Origin: Macrostomum lignano
Lineage: Eukaryota
Direction of reading: 5' to 3'
DNA: 64,000 nt
Assembly: GCA_002269645.1 (NCBI GenBank)
Contig: NIVC01002686.1
Span: forward strand, 1 to 64,000
The position numbers and the translations under genes were made by a program. This document shows positions 61,399 to 64,000 of the stretch, piece by piece (the stretch's first letter is position 1; every line of letters begins with the position of its first letter). The notes beneath the pieces are model-generated. The model was given only the letters and a program-made list of their open reading frames with translations. It ran no database searches and was not told where the DNA came from.

Positions 61399-64000
61399 GA
61401 TTTTTTACAGGAAGTTACGGGAAGTTAAGATTATCATTTAACGATGCCAGTGTAGCCCCTATATAATACAAGCAACATGCGACGACATGTCAAATATTGC
61501 ACCGAATGTGCCGCTACTTCAAGCAGTCTACAGCCAGTCAGTACCCCGCGCCGACTGGCCAAACCCAGTCCAACACTCGTGCAGCAAAGCACGCACGCTC
61601 CCCGTAAGCAGCAGCAGCAATAGCAACAGTTACAGAAAGCGCAAGAGGAGGAGAGAAAGAGAGTAGAAGAGAACGCATAGGAAGACTGCCTGCCTGGCAA
61701 GGAAAAAGGCGATTTACTCTTCTCCTATAGTCCCGAGCCTCGCAGTTGCACAGATAATCACAATTTGGGCTATGTACAGCATGTACATACGAGTAGAACT
61801 CGACCATGCATGCATGTAGAGAATTTATTCAGGCTAAAGCCAACTGCCCATCCTCAGTGGCCTGCTGTGTGTATACCAGTTGCCATGAACGGGGTAGAGC
61901 ACATTGAGTAGGGTAGGACCTGCTAGGCAGTCAAGTCAAGAGTCACTCGGTCAATGCATGCGTGTAGTCTTACTGAACTGGGGCCTTCCTTCAGTTCTCA
62001 AAGCGAAAGGCCCAAGCTAGCTAATAAAAAGCAGTTTAAAGACTTTTTTAAACTTCCAATCAGCTCTTTCCTATGTAATTCTGCTGTTATATATGTTATG
62101 CCCTTTGTACTTTAAACTTTTGAATAGCTCTGGGGCCGGGCCGTCGCGATTTAGCGAGCAAAGCGTGCGCAATGAAAAATCTGTTAGGCTATAGTAGAGG
62201 TGATACTGTCACCTCTACTATTACAGCATCTATCTATTATAGCATCTATTCTATTACAGCATCTATCTGTGATACTGTCCCAATCGGATTTCCTTTCTGT
62301 TCACACGCGCAATCGAGAAGTGAGAGCCGACACAGGACAAACACGCGAGTTGCAGACGTCAGTGGCGGCGGTCTCTTACTGCGAGCTAAAGCTAACTAAA
62401 CCCGCGAGGCCCATAGCCAGAACTCTGTGGGCTCTTCTCCGCGCGCACTTGCCCGCCTGCCTCGGGTGGGGGATGAACTGTACACTGTTGTTGGTACGCC
62501 CACTTAACACTCAGACCTCCGCCCCCAATGTACACTTGAGACTTTTTTAAGTCCTGACAACGCATTTTAGTGGGGGAGTTGTGTAGGACTGAACTGAGAC
62601 TAGTCAAAACAAAATCAAGAAATTATCAGTCATCAGGCTAATTTAGCAACGTGCTGGGCTCAATTTGATCCAGATTGCAGAAATAAGGACAAAAAATCGT
62701 TAAAATTCAATTATTAGCCAGGTCCATGATTGCAATACGCAACGTGTTGGCGAGAGGCGGGGGACTAGATGGGGGTTGGCCATCCGACACGCCGTGCCGT
62801 GTGCACGCTTTGAACAGCTGATCGCCGTCTGGCCGCATTCCTATTGGCTGGTCCAGTTTGGAGAGTTTTACGCAGCTGGGTACAAGAACAGTGCGTGTCT
62901 GCGCCGAGAGTATGGGGTGGCTGGGTTGGGGGGGGGTTGGGGTGGGGCGTCATTCCGCTGGAAATATTTAGGGGGCCTCTCACTTCTTAAAGCTCTGCCG
63001 CCGCTGCCGCCGCCTCTCTAATGTTTTTAACCTATTTCAGTTTTATCCAAGCCTGCTGGTCCCCCTTGCACCGAGGAAGTCAAGTCGGCTTTCTGCCTGT
63101 TTCACTTCCAGACAGTGTATATGCATTTTCCAGGCATTTCCGCATCAAGCCCCCCATACATTTAGAGTGAGTAAAACATGGTTAATTTTGTGCCAACCCA
63201 GTGTGAACTCTGGCAAATGTAAGTTTACACTCTCATTTTGTTCTGGCCTGTTGCGTTTTAACGAATTAAAGGCGTTCTCTCTAATTAGCAGAGATTGAAA
63301 GTCGATACCGGCTCTTTGTTAGGCATCCCGAAGACTTGTTCACTCGGACGAGTACACACGTATATTTTGAGTACGTATACACACCATCGTGCTGCCTGAT
63401 CAAGAGCTGTATCGCAACGCCTAAATCGGCTGGCGATTATTACATTATTGTACGGCACTATTATTAACCGACTAGAGTAGCCCTAGCATCGACAACTAAG
63501 CAGCAATAACTTGCTGAGCTGCCGGTGTAAGGGCTACTCGACATCGATGGAGCATCCTGTATACCTCTTTTTTTACCTTCTTACCCTCCGAGCTCGGGCT
63601 TGAACGGTTTGAGACCCTAGAAATCGGCAATTTTTCAGCTCAAAAAAGAAGCTTCAATCTTTTCTAAGCTAATGATACAGGCTGATGGAGCAAAAGCTGC
63701 CGGTAACTAGGGTCTGGACCAGCCCATAAGCAGCTGGACCCGATTTTCTTAGAAACACAATCAACTAAACACAACAGTTTATTATATCAACGTGTTTTCT
63801 TAGAAGGCGGCAGAAGCGCAAGTCTAAGCCTATATTTAAATATATTAAAATTTGAAGCCGAATAAAATTTTATCGTTTATTTGCTGACTGAGAATTACGC
63901 ATCGGAACTCTACCGGTTGTTGCTTCTTTCAAGCAATTTGCTTAGCAATAGAAATGAAATCAAATGACAACAGCGGTAATGAATTACTCGATTAGGAGGC

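Overview
Eukaryotic (metazoan) genomic DNA with GT-AG introns, GC-rich exons, AT-rich or minisatellite-filled introns and many transposon relics. The overall style suggests a free-living flatworm such as Macrostomum, but that is an inference. Three spliced host genes can be rebuilt by hand. (1) The 5' seven exons of a NUP210/gp210 nuclear-pore glycoprotein gene lie on the minus strand, run off the left edge, and contain a 1-nt frameshift in exon 6. (2) A five-exon Crk-like SH2-SH3-SH3 adaptor lies on the plus strand, head-to-head with NUP210. (3) A four-exon Fezf/earmuff eh1 plus 6xC2H2 zinc-finger gene sits in an otherwise gene-empty ~45 kb. Mobile elements include a Penelope-like (GIY-YIG) retroelement with a decayed minimal hammerhead ribozyme, split by a 700-bp long-TIR element with an 8-bp TSD. 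There is also a DD37D (maT) Tc1/mariner, a nested hAT-type MITE, a tRNA/CORE-like SINE, fused RTE and Gypsy fragments, and an APE-type LINE fragment with a PHD-like module inside its endonuclease. About 20 tandem arrays are present. The most unusual pattern is that intronic minisatellites in all three genes carry splice-signal-like motifs on the gene strand. The clearest case is an 18-copy acceptor/9-nt microexon/donor cassette in NUP210.
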